Origin: Casimicrobiaceae bacterium
GTDB lineage: Bacteria > Pseudomonadota > Gammaproteobacteria > Burkholderiales > Casimicrobiaceae
Reading direction: 5' to 3'
Length of the DNA: 64,000 bases
NCBI GenBank assembly: GCA_035262745.1
Contig: DATFSE010000016.1
Span: forward strand, 14,348 to 78,347
Below, in pieces: positions 50,469-58,738 of this stretch. Every line of letters starts with the position of its first letter. The first letter of the stretch is position 1. Both the position numbers and the translations under genes were made by a program. Below the pieces are notes generated by a model that saw only the letters and a list, made by a program, of their open reading frames with translations, did no database searches and was not told the DNA's origin.

Positions 50469-51464
50469 CTAGGGCTTTGACGACCCGCGCAATGCCCGCC
50501 CAAGTCTTGCATGTCGAAGCGAAGCTTCAGTCCATTGCCAGGCGATCAAGCCGGGGAAGAAGACCACCAAATCTCTCAGTCGCCGCGCGGCCGCCAGAGC
50601 CAGAGCGGTCGAAGCGTCGATTCCCAGTCCGGCACCGATCAGAACGAACGCACCTTCCTGCACTCCGATCGCTGCAGGCACCAGAAAGGCTGCGCTGCTG
50701 ACGGCCTGAATCAGCGCCTCGATGATCAGGGCTTCCAGTCCACTGCGCGGCTGACCGAGGAAGTAGAGGGCGAGCCAGATCTCACCGGCACCCAGCGTCC
50801 ATCCGGCAAGCTGCCAAAGGAAACATGCACTCACATCGCGTTGCCGGCCATACAGCGCTCGCAGTGCCTGATCGATGCGCTGCGAATGGGCTTGCACCTG
50901 TGCCAGTCGGCCGGCGAAAAGACGGTCGAGAAAACGCGTGATCGCACCAAGCGTGCCGGAGCGCAGCGCCAGGGCGAAGCCAACACCAAGGGGAATCATC
51001 GCCGCCAACCCTGCAATAAGCTGACCAGCGGCGTGCGCGGTGGCGCCAAGCTCAAGCAGCAATGCGAGGCCAAAGAGGCCAAAACTCGCCTGGCTCAAGA
51101 CCGATATGCCCATATCGGCGATCAGGCTGGCTGCCGCTTCGCCACGCTCCTTAACATGCCCACGCACGACGCGGTAGGCAACGATTTCTCCCCCGACGCG
51201 CGCCACCGGCAACAAGCCATTGACCGACTCGCGAATCCATGTCGCGGCGCTCATCAAGCGAATGCCGGGACGAGGATCCGAAATCAGTCGCTGCCAAGCG
51301 CGCGCGTTGGCGATCATAGGCAGTACATGAAACAAGGCCGCCAGCACCAGCCCAGGACCCGCTCCGACCAACGCCGCGATGATCGCGCTCACGTCTTGCT
51401 GCGCGAAAAGCACGATCGCCAGCGCCAGTCCTGCGATGGCCAATAGGAGCGGGACAAGCCTCAT
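50469..51464 (-). CDS. hpnL: Hopanoid-associated membrane protein (UPF0104 / LPG-synthase-TM-like)
   Basis: 331 aa with about 8 TM helices. Its start overlaps the hpnK stop (ATGA, 51461-51464). Confidence 0.8.
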   Translation of the reverse strand: MRLVPLLLAIAGLALAIVLFAQQDVSAIIAALVGAGPGLVLAALFHVLPMIANARAWQRLISDPRPGIRLMSAATWIRESVNGLLPVARVGGEIVAYRVVRGHVKERGEAAASLIADMGISVLSQASFGLFGLALLLELGATAHAAGQLIAGLAAMIPLGVGFALALRSGTLGAITRFLDRLFAGRLAQVQAHSQRIDQALRALYGRQRDVSACFLWQLAGWTLGAGEIWLALYFLGQPRSGLEALIIEALIQAVSSAAFLVPAAIGVQEGAFVLIGAGLGIDASTALALAAARRLRDLVVFFPGLIAWQWTEASLRHARLGRALRGSSKP

Positions 51465-52309
51465 CGTCTGTCAAAGTCAGCGTAACCGCCGGCGCGGATA
51501 TTACTCGAACTCGCCAGCCTGCGGGCAGCGGTCGAGGTCAGGGCGGCCAACTCGTCGGCGTAGCGATAGCCCGCGGCCGCACCGAAGAAAACGTCAGACG
51601 TGGCCGGGTGGCAGTAGATTTCAGTCAGTCCATCCGGCAGGTCTTGCAACAAATGAGTCACGCGCGCTTCGGTCATGGCGCCCGACCAGGCGAGTCCGAA
51701 AACCTGGTCGGCAACAGTGAGTCCGCGACGGCGGCAGCGTTTGTCGAGCAGGGCCACCCACGGTGTCATTACCAACTCGCTCCGATTGGGCCGACCCGCG
51801 GAGTGATCGCCACCGACCACGCGCGAAGGTTCACGCGGTACGCGCACCGCACCCATTCCGTAGCGCCGGCCAACGTCGAGCATTTCGTTGCATACGGCAG
51901 GATGCAAATGAAAGTGATGGTGGGCGTTGACGTGGTCGAGCTTGAGGCCAGTCGCGCCAAACGCAGCGAACTGCGCCTCGATTTCCGCGGCGAGCTGCGC
52001 CCGCACGCCGGGTCGAAGGAATGCATCGATGCCCATCCTGATCAGATCGTTTCGAAGGCGCCCTCCTCCATCGACGAGATCGGGTATGCGCTCCGGGGGG
52101 AGCGTCGGCTTGCCATCGACCAGCACGAGATGCAGGCCGACTTTCAACCCGGGCAGCCGATGCGCCAGTGCCACAGCATCGTTCGCCGCTTCGCCGCTTA
52201 CCATCAGGCTGGCGGCCGTGAGAATGCCGCTCTTATGCGCGCGCTCGACAGCCTGATTGACCTCGGGTGCGTGTCCGAAATCGTCGGCAGTGACGATCAG
52301 TGCTTTCAG
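51461..52309 (-). CDS. hpnK: Hopanoid-associated YdjC-like deacetylase
   Basis: The track ORF starts at ATG 52204. The same frame is open up to a TGA at 52328-52330 and encodes 'LKALIVTADDFGHAPEVNQAVERAHKSGILTAASL' upstream, which is the conserved YdjC N-terminus. That stretch contains no ATG, GTG or TTG. CTG 52309-52307 overlaps the hpnJ stop. The 5' end is therefore provisional. Confidence 0.78.
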   Translation of the reverse strand: MKALIVTADDFGHAPEVNQAVERAHKSGILTAASLMVSGEAANDAVALAHRLPGLKVGLHLVLVDGKPTLPPERIPDLVDGGGRLRNDLIRMGIDAFLRPGVRAQLAAEIEAQFAAFGATGLKLDHVNAHHHFHLHPAVCNEMLDVGRRYGMGAVRVPREPSRVVGGDHSAGRPNRSELVMTPWVALLDKRCRRRGLTVADQVFGLAWSGAMTEARVTHLLQDLPDGLTEIYCHPATSDVFFGAAAGYRYADELAALTSTAARRLASSSNIRAGGYADFDRR

Positions 52310-53733
52310 TGCACTGCCTCTCGCCGCTCACGGAGAAAGTGAAAGAACTCGATGCCTTCGCGCAGCCGGCGTCTCATCATTTCCGGACTCCGGACCATTT
52401 CGCCGACGATCGAGGCGATCTTGCCGCTGCGAAAGTAGAATCGCTTGTAGAAGGTTTCGACCGCGTCGAAGATCTCGGTGTGGCTGAGATGCGGATAGGA
52501 GAGCGGCGCGATCTGCACACCGTGGGCGTCGACCAGCTCGGCGTTGGAATTATCCAGCCAGCCCTTCTCCAATGCTTGCCGGTAAAGGGACGTGCCGGGG
52601 TAAGGCGCCGCCAGCGACACCTGAATCGTGTGGGGATTGATCTCGGTGGCGAAGCGGATCGTCTCTTCGATGGTCTCCTTGGTCTCGCCCGGCAGACCGA
52701 GGATAAACGTTCCGTGGATGGTAATACCGAGGTCGTGGCAATCCTTGGTAAAGCGGCGAGCGAACTCTACGCGCATGCCCTTCTTGATGTTGTACAGGAT
52801 CTGCTGGTTACCAGTCTCGTAGCCGACGAGCAGCAGGCGCAGCCCGTTGTCGCGCAGCACCTCGAGGGTCGTGCGCGGAACGTTCGCCTTGGCATTGCAC
52901 GACCAAGTCACGCCCAGTTTGCCGAGCTCTTTGGCGATCGCCTCTGCGCGCGGCAGATCGTCGGTGAACGTGTCGTCGTCGAAGAAAAACTCTTTCACTT
53001 GTGGGAAGGCTTTTTGCGCCCAGGCGATTTCTTCGACAACGTGACCGACGCTGCGCGTGCGGTAGCGGTGCCCGCCGACGGTCTGCGGCCACAGGCAGAA
53101 CGTGCAGCGCGATTTGCAGCCGCGTCCGGTGTACAGCGAGATATACGGATGCTTCAGATAGCCGATGAAATACTTGTCGACATCGAGGTCGCGCTTGTAG
53201 ACCGTGGTGACGAACGGCAGCTCGTCCATGTTTTCCAGGATGGGGCGCGCCGGATTGTGCACGATTCGGCCCGCGGAATCGCGATAGGAAAGACCGGCGA
53301 TTCCCTTCCACTCGTGTCCCTCGGCCACTTCCTTGACGGTAAAGTCGAACTCGTTACCGGTGACGAAGTCGATGGCTCTCGATGCGCTCAGGCTGCCGGA
53401 CGGATCGACTGCAACCTTGGCGCCGATCATTCCCGCCTTGAGGTCCGCATTGACCGACTTCATGGCCTCGATCGCCTTGACGTCCGAGGCGAAAGATGGA
53501 CTCGAGGTGTGCAGGACGACCAGGTCATAGTCTCGCGCTCGCGGCGCAATATCGGCGAGCTTGAGCCCGTGTGGAGGCGCGTCGATCAACTTGCTGCCCT
53601 CGACCAGCGCTGCCGGCTGCGCGAGCCAGGTGGGATACCAGAACGAGCGGATTTCACGCCGAGCCTGGTAGCGTGATCCCGCTCCGCCGTCGAAGCCCTC
53701 GAAGGACGGTGCTTGGAGGAAAAGAGTACGCAT
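52306..53733 (-). CDS. hpnJ: Hopanoid-associated B12-binding radical SAM protein
   Basis: Trimmed to ATG 53733 ('MRTLFLQAPSFEGFDGGAGSRYQA'). 'YTGRGCKSRCTFCLWP' (CxxxCxxC). Confidence 0.9.
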   Translation of the reverse strand: MRTLFLQAPSFEGFDGGAGSRYQARREIRSFWYPTWLAQPAALVEGSKLIDAPPHGLKLADIAPRARDYDLVVLHTSSPSFASDVKAIEAMKSVNADLKAGMIGAKVAVDPSGSLSASRAIDFVTGNEFDFTVKEVAEGHEWKGIAGLSYRDSAGRIVHNPARPILENMDELPFVTTVYKRDLDVDKYFIGYLKHPYISLYTGRGCKSRCTFCLWPQTVGGHRYRTRSVGHVVEEIAWAQKAFPQVKEFFFDDDTFTDDLPRAEAIAKELGKLGVTWSCNAKANVPRTTLEVLRDNGLRLLLVGYETGNQQILYNIKKGMRVEFARRFTKDCHDLGITIHGTFILGLPGETKETIEETIRFATEINPHTIQVSLAAPYPGTSLYRQALEKGWLDNSNAELVDAHGVQIAPLSYPHLSHTEIFDAVETFYKRFYFRSGKIASIVGEMVRSPEMMRRRLREGIEFFHFLRERREAVH

Positions 53734-54890
53734 CACGTGTTGGGTTCTCCGAGTGCGGTCAGGGTTCCATCCGGGCGAACTCGGTAACGCCGTCCACCCC
53801 AACGGACCACGTTGACAAAGAAGCCAGCAACGTAGATGCCAAAGGCAAGCAGGTCACGCAGCGGCATGAGCCACCATCTGTCCGGCGGCACATTCAAAGT
53901 ATGATCAACTTGGCACTGCAATACAAGACGGGACGCGATGGCTGCCGCGACGATGGCGATGGCGATGACGCTGAAGCCGTTCAACGCTGCACCAAGCAAT
54001 GCGAACGGCAACGGCTGCGTGATCATGAGACCCGCATAACCGCTGGGATCCACTGCGCGTATGGTCCTCGCCCAGCGCAGCTCATGACCAAACAGGTCGA
54101 CCACGGTCTTTTCGTAACACGAGTGCGTCACGATCAGCTTTGGAATCGCTACCCTCATGCCCTTCGCCCGTATCGCTGCTCCCATCGTGTAGTCGTCGGC
54201 GAGGCAGTCCCTGAACGCCTGAAACCCGCCGATCGCCTGGAGAGTCTCGCGGCGCAGCGCGATCGTCGAGCCAAAGCACGGTCGTGCGAGCCCGAGTTTC
54301 AGTCCCATAAGAACATTGGGTAGAAAGTGGTAGTCGATGCCCATGCTGCACAGACGTGCCCAAATGCCTGCACGGTCGGCTCCCCGGTAGAGGCAGGTCG
54401 CTGCACCAACGCCGGGTTCATTCAACGTATCTACGATTTCCCGGACGTAGTCCCCTGAGACGCGGATGTCGGCGTCCGCAAGGATTACGACAGGGTGGCG
54501 GATGTGACGCTCGAGCCCCGTGAGGTTCGCAACTTTGGGGTTTGCTCCGCGAATCGGAGCATGCACGACGAGTTCGAGATCAACTCCAGGCCGCGCGCTG
54601 ATGAGTCGGCGCACGACAGCTGTTGCTGCATCGGTTGCGTCCTGAACTCCGAAGAGGATTTGCAGCGAACCGCGAAAATCCTGGTCACAAAAAGACGCGA
54701 GATCGTCGTAGAGTGCAGGGCTCGATCCCGAAAGCGGCTTGAGGATCGTAACGCCAGCCGCCGCGTCGGCGTAGCGCCTGGGAACAGCGCCAAAGCGTCG
54801 CACGACTACGGCCGCAGCAATGGCGTAGAAGCACCCAAGCGCCGCAAGGCCAAGGGCGGCCCATGCCGTCGACTCGCCGAGCGTGTCCAC
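53733..54890 (-). CDS. hpnI: Hopanoid-associated glycosyltransferase (GT2/GT21-like)
   Basis: 385 aa. 'GVTILKPLSG', 'VVILADADIRV', and TM helices at both ends. Its stop overlaps the hpnJ start by 1 nt. Confidence 0.85.
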   Translation of the reverse strand: MDTLGESTAWAALGLAALGCFYAIAAAVVVRRFGAVPRRYADAAAGVTILKPLSGSSPALYDDLASFCDQDFRGSLQILFGVQDATDAATAVVRRLISARPGVDLELVVHAPIRGANPKVANLTGLERHIRHPVVILADADIRVSGDYVREIVDTLNEPGVGAATCLYRGADRAGIWARLCSMGIDYHFLPNVLMGLKLGLARPCFGSTIALRRETLQAIGGFQAFRDCLADDYTMGAAIRAKGMRVAIPKLIVTHSCYEKTVVDLFGHELRWARTIRAVDPSGYAGLMITQPLPFALLGAALNGFSVIAIAIVAAAIASRLVLQCQVDHTLNVPPDRWWLMPLRDLLAFGIYVAGFFVNVVRWGGRRYRVRPDGTLTALGEPNT

Positions 54891-54975
54891 GATCAGCAGT
54901 TGATGCTCGCCTTCCCGTCTCTGGAGAAGCTTGTTAACCTAAGTCCGCGGCGATTCAAAACAACGCTACTGAATA

Positions 54976-55773
54976 TTGCAAATCCGGCTCGAGGCACGCG
55001 CCTCCCCTAATCGCTGTCGCAGCGTCGCTGCGCTGGTCGCAGTCCTGGCACTCGCGGGTTGCGCCACCATGAGCGGCGAACGCGTGTCGGCGGATGACCC
55101 GCTGGAGCCTCTCAATCGGGCGGTGTTCGACATCAACACCAAGCTGGACGAGGCAGTCATCAAGCCGCTGGCGCAAGCGTATCGTGACGTTGTTCCGGCG
55201 TATGCCCGTGACCGCATTCGATCGGCGATCGACAATCTCGAGGAGCCGAGGATTTTCGCCAACGACTTGCTCCAGGGACGTGGCGACGCTGCGGCTACGA
55301 CGCTGGCTCGCTTCGCCATGAACTCGACCCTGGGGATCGCGGGTCTGTTCGACCCTGCAAGCGAACGCGGGCTGGCGAAGCAGTCGGGCGATTTCGGTCA
55401 GACGCTGTACGCCTGGGGATTCGGCGACGGACCCTATCTCGTACTGTTGTTCTTCGGCCCGTCGAATCTTCGCGATGCCGTCGGTCTCGGTGTGGACCTG
55501 TTTACGACGCCGCCCGGCCCCTTGCTTCACAGTCATGCTGGACTTGTGATCGGCTTCACCGTCGGCACGGTCAACGCTATGGATCTCAGGTCGCGGAATA
55601 TCGAAACCCTGGACGAGATCAAGGCAAGCGCGATCGACTACTATTCCCATATGAAAAGTATCACACGGCAAAGACGCGAGGCGCAGCTTCGGGAGGGAAA
55701 AAGCCTGCCGCCACAGCCCGAGGAGTTGACCGATCCGGGGACATCGGGCGACGGCCTCGAACAGGAACACTAG
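54976..55773 (+). CDS. mlaA: MlaA/VacJ family outer-membrane lipoprotein
   Basis: Lipobox 'LALAGC'. 'DPLEPLNRAVFDINTKLDEAVIKPLAQAYRDVVP' and 'RFAMNSTLGIAGLFDPA' are VacJ hallmarks. TTG start; the exact start is uncertain. Confidence 0.85.
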   Translation: MQIRLEARASPNRCRSVAALVAVLALAGCATMSGERVSADDPLEPLNRAVFDINTKLDEAVIKPLAQAYRDVVPAYARDRIRSAIDNLEEPRIFANDLLQGRGDAAATTLARFAMNSTLGIAGLFDPASERGLAKQSGDFGQTLYAWGFGDGPYLVLLFFGPSNLRDAVGLGVDLFTTPPGPLLHSHAGLVIGFTVGTVNAMDLRSRNIETLDEIKASAIDYYSHMKSITRQRREAQLREGKSLPPQPEELTDPGTSGDGLEQEH

Positions 55774-55803
55774 GAACCAGCCAGCGCGACACCTGCCCGT
55801 GCT

Positions 55804-55824
55804 TGACAGATTCAAGATTTGTCA
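55804..55824. terminator. Weak hairpin between convergent mlaA and hpnM
   Basis: TGACAGAT-tcaag-ATTTGTCA (8-bp stem including one G-U pair). There is no T-tract, and it overlaps the hpnM stop codon. Confidence 0.25.
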
Positions 55825-56487
55825 GCGGGCATTGGCATCGGCCTTCGCTGGGCCTTGCATCATCTTGTCGCCCTGCTGGCGAAGGCTGGAGATCAGCGCC
55901 GATGGGCCGCCTTCCTTGAGAATGGCGGTGAACTCGGTGCGGCGGGTCGCCAACTCGCTGATCGTCCCCTTGAGATAAACGTCAACGATCTTCCAACTGC
56001 CTCCGGATTCGCGCATGAGATAGTTGAGAGCAACGGGTTCCCCGCTTGATGGGACGAGCTTGCTGTGTACGACCCGCCCCGTCGCGCGCGCTTCACTCCC
56101 AGGTTCGACTTCGAAGCGTTGCCCTGAGAATCCGTCGAACCGGTTGGCGTAGGTGGCGATGGTCATTCGCGTGAAGCTTTCGAGCAACTGGGATTGCTGC
56201 TCGGCTCCAATGGAGCTCCAGCTCGGACCGACGGCGATCCGAGTCATCGCCGGAAGGTCGAATGTCGCGCGAATTACAGGAGTCAACTTGTCATATCGAC
56301 CCTTGATGCCAAGTTTGTCGGCTTGCTTCATCGTGTCCAGTAGTACATCATAGAATGAGCGCAGCTGTCGCACGGCGGGATCTTCGTCGGTTTGTGGACT
56401 GGCAAGCGTTGCCCATCCGGCGAGCAGCGTCCCGGTGGCAAGCATGATCCAAAGCACCGCTATCGTTCTGGACCGAATGCGCATCAT
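55822..56487 (-). CDS. hpnM: MlaC/Ttg2D-like periplasmic lipid-binding protein, hopanoid-associated
   Basis: 221 aa with a signal peptide. 'FDLPAMTRIAVGPSW', 'FTRMTIATYANRF' and 'WKIVDVYLKGTISELATRRTEF' follow the Ttg2D/MlaC pattern. Located in the hpn cluster. Confidence 0.8.
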   Translation of the reverse strand: MMRIRSRTIAVLWIMLATGTLLAGWATLASPQTDEDPAVRQLRSFYDVLLDTMKQADKLGIKGRYDKLTPVIRATFDLPAMTRIAVGPSWSSIGAEQQSQLLESFTRMTIATYANRFDGFSGQRFEVEPGSEARATGRVVHSKLVPSSGEPVALNYLMRESGGSWKIVDVYLKGTISELATRRTEFTAILKEGGPSALISSLRQQGDKMMQGPAKADANAR

Positions 56488-56557
56488 CGCGGCTCTGGCG
56501 ACCGTTGTTCGGCTCTACTACAATTACGAAATGTGTTCTTAGGATTGTACCCTGCTC

Positions 56558-56587
56558 GATGACCTGAACGATCTTAAACAGGTCATC
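56558..56587. promoter_or_regulatory. Perfect 9-bp inverted repeat in the hpnM/sulfotransferase divergent intergenic region
   Basis: GATGACCTG (56558-56566), 12 nt, CAGGTCATC (56579-56587). It lies 71 nt upstream of the hpnM ATG. Confidence 0.35.
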
Positions 56588-56740
56588 GTGGCTGCCGTTA
56601 CTGCAGGCGTCCACCAATACCCGGCAAGCGTGAAATGCACGACCTTCCTGTCGTGCGGTCATATCCGCAATCAAGGGTGACCAAGGCCGGTTACGAATGA
56701 AACCGAGGAGACGTAGCAAGATCTGCTGACGCGCGATTCA

Positions 56741-57946
56741 TTGATCATGGGCACACGCTGGCGACGTATTGGGAAGACGCTGGGTCAACGGCAGTTGCCG
56801 TTGAACGAGGAACGTCTTTGCGAACAGGCACAAAAACGCGCTCGTTTGGAGGACTTTGGAGACCCGCCCGTAAAACCAGCTTTGCGCGCATTGGTTCAGA
56901 GTCTTGAAACGCAGGCGGATTTACACCCCATCGGCAGATTCTTAATGGGCGGGCATCTGCGTCAATTGCTCGAAAACCGCTTGCGCCTTGCCGAGGCATG
57001 GAAACAGAAGCGTGAAGCGATCGACAACTCTCCCATTCGCCAGCCAATCTTTGTTGTGGGGATGCCACGCACTGGCTCCACTTTCCTGCACGAGTTGCTA
57101 GCGCAAGATCCCGCTAACCGCGCTCCGCTTGTTTGGGAGGTTATGTTTCCTGTGCCGGAGAAGCGCGGTGGCAAAGATCGCCGGTTGCGCAAAACTGAGG
57201 CTTCCCTCTGGTGGTTTCGCCGCATCGCTCCTGAGGCCGATTCGGTTTACCCGGTCCGAGCGTGCACGCCGCAGGAATGTGTCGCCATTCATAGCCACAC
57301 TTTTTTGTCCGAAGAATTCGTCTCGACTTGCGACGTGCCGGACTACCGAAGCTTTTTGCGATCCGCGGATCTGATGCCGGCGTATACCTGTGAGAAGCGC
57401 TTTCTGCAATATCTTCAAGCATCCGGTTCCCGGAAGCGATGGATTTTGAAATCACCCGATCATGTCTACGGATTGGAAGAGCTTTTCAAAGTCTTCCCGG
57501 ACGCGGTGATCGTCCAGACGCATCGTAATCCCATGGAAGTGCTTCGCTCGATCACACAATTAAAGCGTGTCCTGCACGACCTCTACGCCTGGCCGCAAAA
57601 CGGCGACGACATCACGTTGTGCGAAGCGCGGGCGCTGGCGGACGCGACCGAACGCTTCATCCACTTTCGTGACCGGCATCCAGAATTGCAGGACAGGTTT
57701 ATCGATCTGAAGTACTCGGAACTAGTGTCGGAACCGAGGAGCGCAGTGGAGAAGATTTATGAGCGGATTAATTGCCCGTTGCTGTCGGAAGCCCGCGGCC
57801 GAATGGAGCAATTAGCCAGCAGCCGATCACGATATCCCCGCCGAAAGGCGCATCCAGTTCGCGAATTGGCATTCGCATCGGTTGAAGCACACCGTTTTAA
57901 GCGTTATTGCACCCGGTTCGGACTTTCGTACGAGGCCGATGTTTAG
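56741..57946 (+). CDS. PAPS-dependent sulfotransferase family protein (Sulfotransfer_3-like)
   Basis: 401 aa. 5'-PSB loop 'VVGMPRTGSTFLHELL' and 3'-PB region 'VQTHRNPMEVLRS'. The start is TTG 56741 or ATG 56747. Confidence 0.8.
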   Translation: MIMGTRWRRIGKTLGQRQLPLNEERLCEQAQKRARLEDFGDPPVKPALRALVQSLETQADLHPIGRFLMGGHLRQLLENRLRLAEAWKQKREAIDNSPIRQPIFVVGMPRTGSTFLHELLAQDPANRAPLVWEVMFPVPEKRGGKDRRLRKTEASLWWFRRIAPEADSVYPVRACTPQECVAIHSHTFLSEEFVSTCDVPDYRSFLRSADLMPAYTCEKRFLQYLQASGSRKRWILKSPDHVYGLEELFKVFPDAVIVQTHRNPMEVLRSITQLKRVLHDLYAWPQNGDDITLCEARALADATERFIHFRDRHPELQDRFIDLKYSELVSEPRSAVEKIYERINCPLLSEARGRMEQLASSRSRYPRRKAHPVRELAFASVEAHRFKRYCTRFGLSYEADV

Positions 57947-58034
57947 AAGTCACGAAGATGCTCCATACCATTCTGCTTTTATTGGGTGTGGTGTTTGCTC
58001 GATCTGATTCGGTCAGCCGGCGGCGCTGAAGCCG

Positions 58035-58613
58035 ATGCCGATGCAACGCCTTGTCAGCTATTCCATTGCCGTCGTGGCCCTCGCTGCCCAGGCGACCGCG
58101 GTGGATGCCGATCCCGAAGTTCAAGCTCTTGCAATCGCCACCGGGGTGCTGGTCGCTTACGCGATTGCAACGCCCGATGAGCAAGAATCCAGCCACCTCG
58201 CGCTCGAGGTCGGCCGCTTCGATGCCGTCAAGAACACAGATCCAGCAACGGCTTTCGAGCTCGAATATCGATTCGGCCAGGAGCTTTGGTGGAAGCTCCG
58301 TCCGTTTATCGGTGGCGGTGTCACATCAGATCACAGCGCCTATGGATACGGGGGAATTCGGGTTCCGACTTTTTGGGGCGAGCATTTGGCAATCACGCCA
58401 AGTTTTGCGATTGGCGGCTACAGCAAAGGCGATGGAAAGGATCTCGGCAGTCCGGCCGTGCTGGGGCGTTTCGGCATCGATCTCGAATATCGCTTCAACA
58501 ATGATCTGCGGGTTGGCGCGGCTTACCATCATTTTTCGAACGGCAAAGCTTTCAACCAAACAACCAACCCGGGCACCGAGATCATCGGAATCACGGTGTC
58601 GATGGCGATGTGA
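58035..58613 (+). CDS. PagL-like acyloxyacyl hydrolase (lipid A 3-O-deacylase family) outer-membrane beta-barrel
   Basis: 192 aa with a signal peptide. Alternating beta-strand pattern, catalytic-type 'AYHHFSNG' (His/Ser) and an aromatic-rich C-terminal strand. Confidence 0.75.
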   Translation: MPMQRLVSYSIAVVALAAQATAVDADPEVQALAIATGVLVAYAIATPDEQESSHLALEVGRFDAVKNTDPATAFELEYRFGQELWWKLRPFIGGGVTSDHSAYGYGGIRVPTFWGEHLAITPSFAIGGYSKGDGKDLGSPAVLGRFGIDLEYRFNNDLRVGAAYHHFSNGKAFNQTTNPGTEIIGITVSMAM

Positions 58614-58738
58614 CGGCACCCGCCGCCGAACAAGATCGTAATCGCAAACTCCCGCCTCTAGCGCGCCGCTCTCCGGCTGGGCCCGACCGGCCGGTAACCG
58701 CCGTTACAATGCGAGGCAGCGCGCAGTGGAGGGACCCA

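Noticed and set aside
56348-56719. 123-aa minus-strand ORF spanning the hpnM-sulfotransferase spacer and the 5' end of hpnM.
   Set aside because: It overlaps hpnM by about 140 nt in another frame. Its C-terminal half is an Arg-rich shadow translation, and it has no motifs.
56741-58613. Possible low-GC horizontally acquired islet covering the sulfotransferase and PagL genes.
   Set aside because: Hand counts of 60-nt samples gave 31-34 G+C in the sulfotransferase gene. Samples from hpnJ, hpnN and an ABC gene gave 33-35. The difference is too small to claim without a proper sliding-window and codon-usage calculation.
58614-58738. Guanidine or other riboswitch upstream of the ureohydrolase gene.
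   Set aside because: Only a short GTAAC-cgcc-GTTAC hairpin (58694-58707) is visible. There are no paired ACGR-loop hairpins (mini-ykkC) and no ykkC-like conserved blocks that I could recognise. An Rfam scan would be needed before making any claim.
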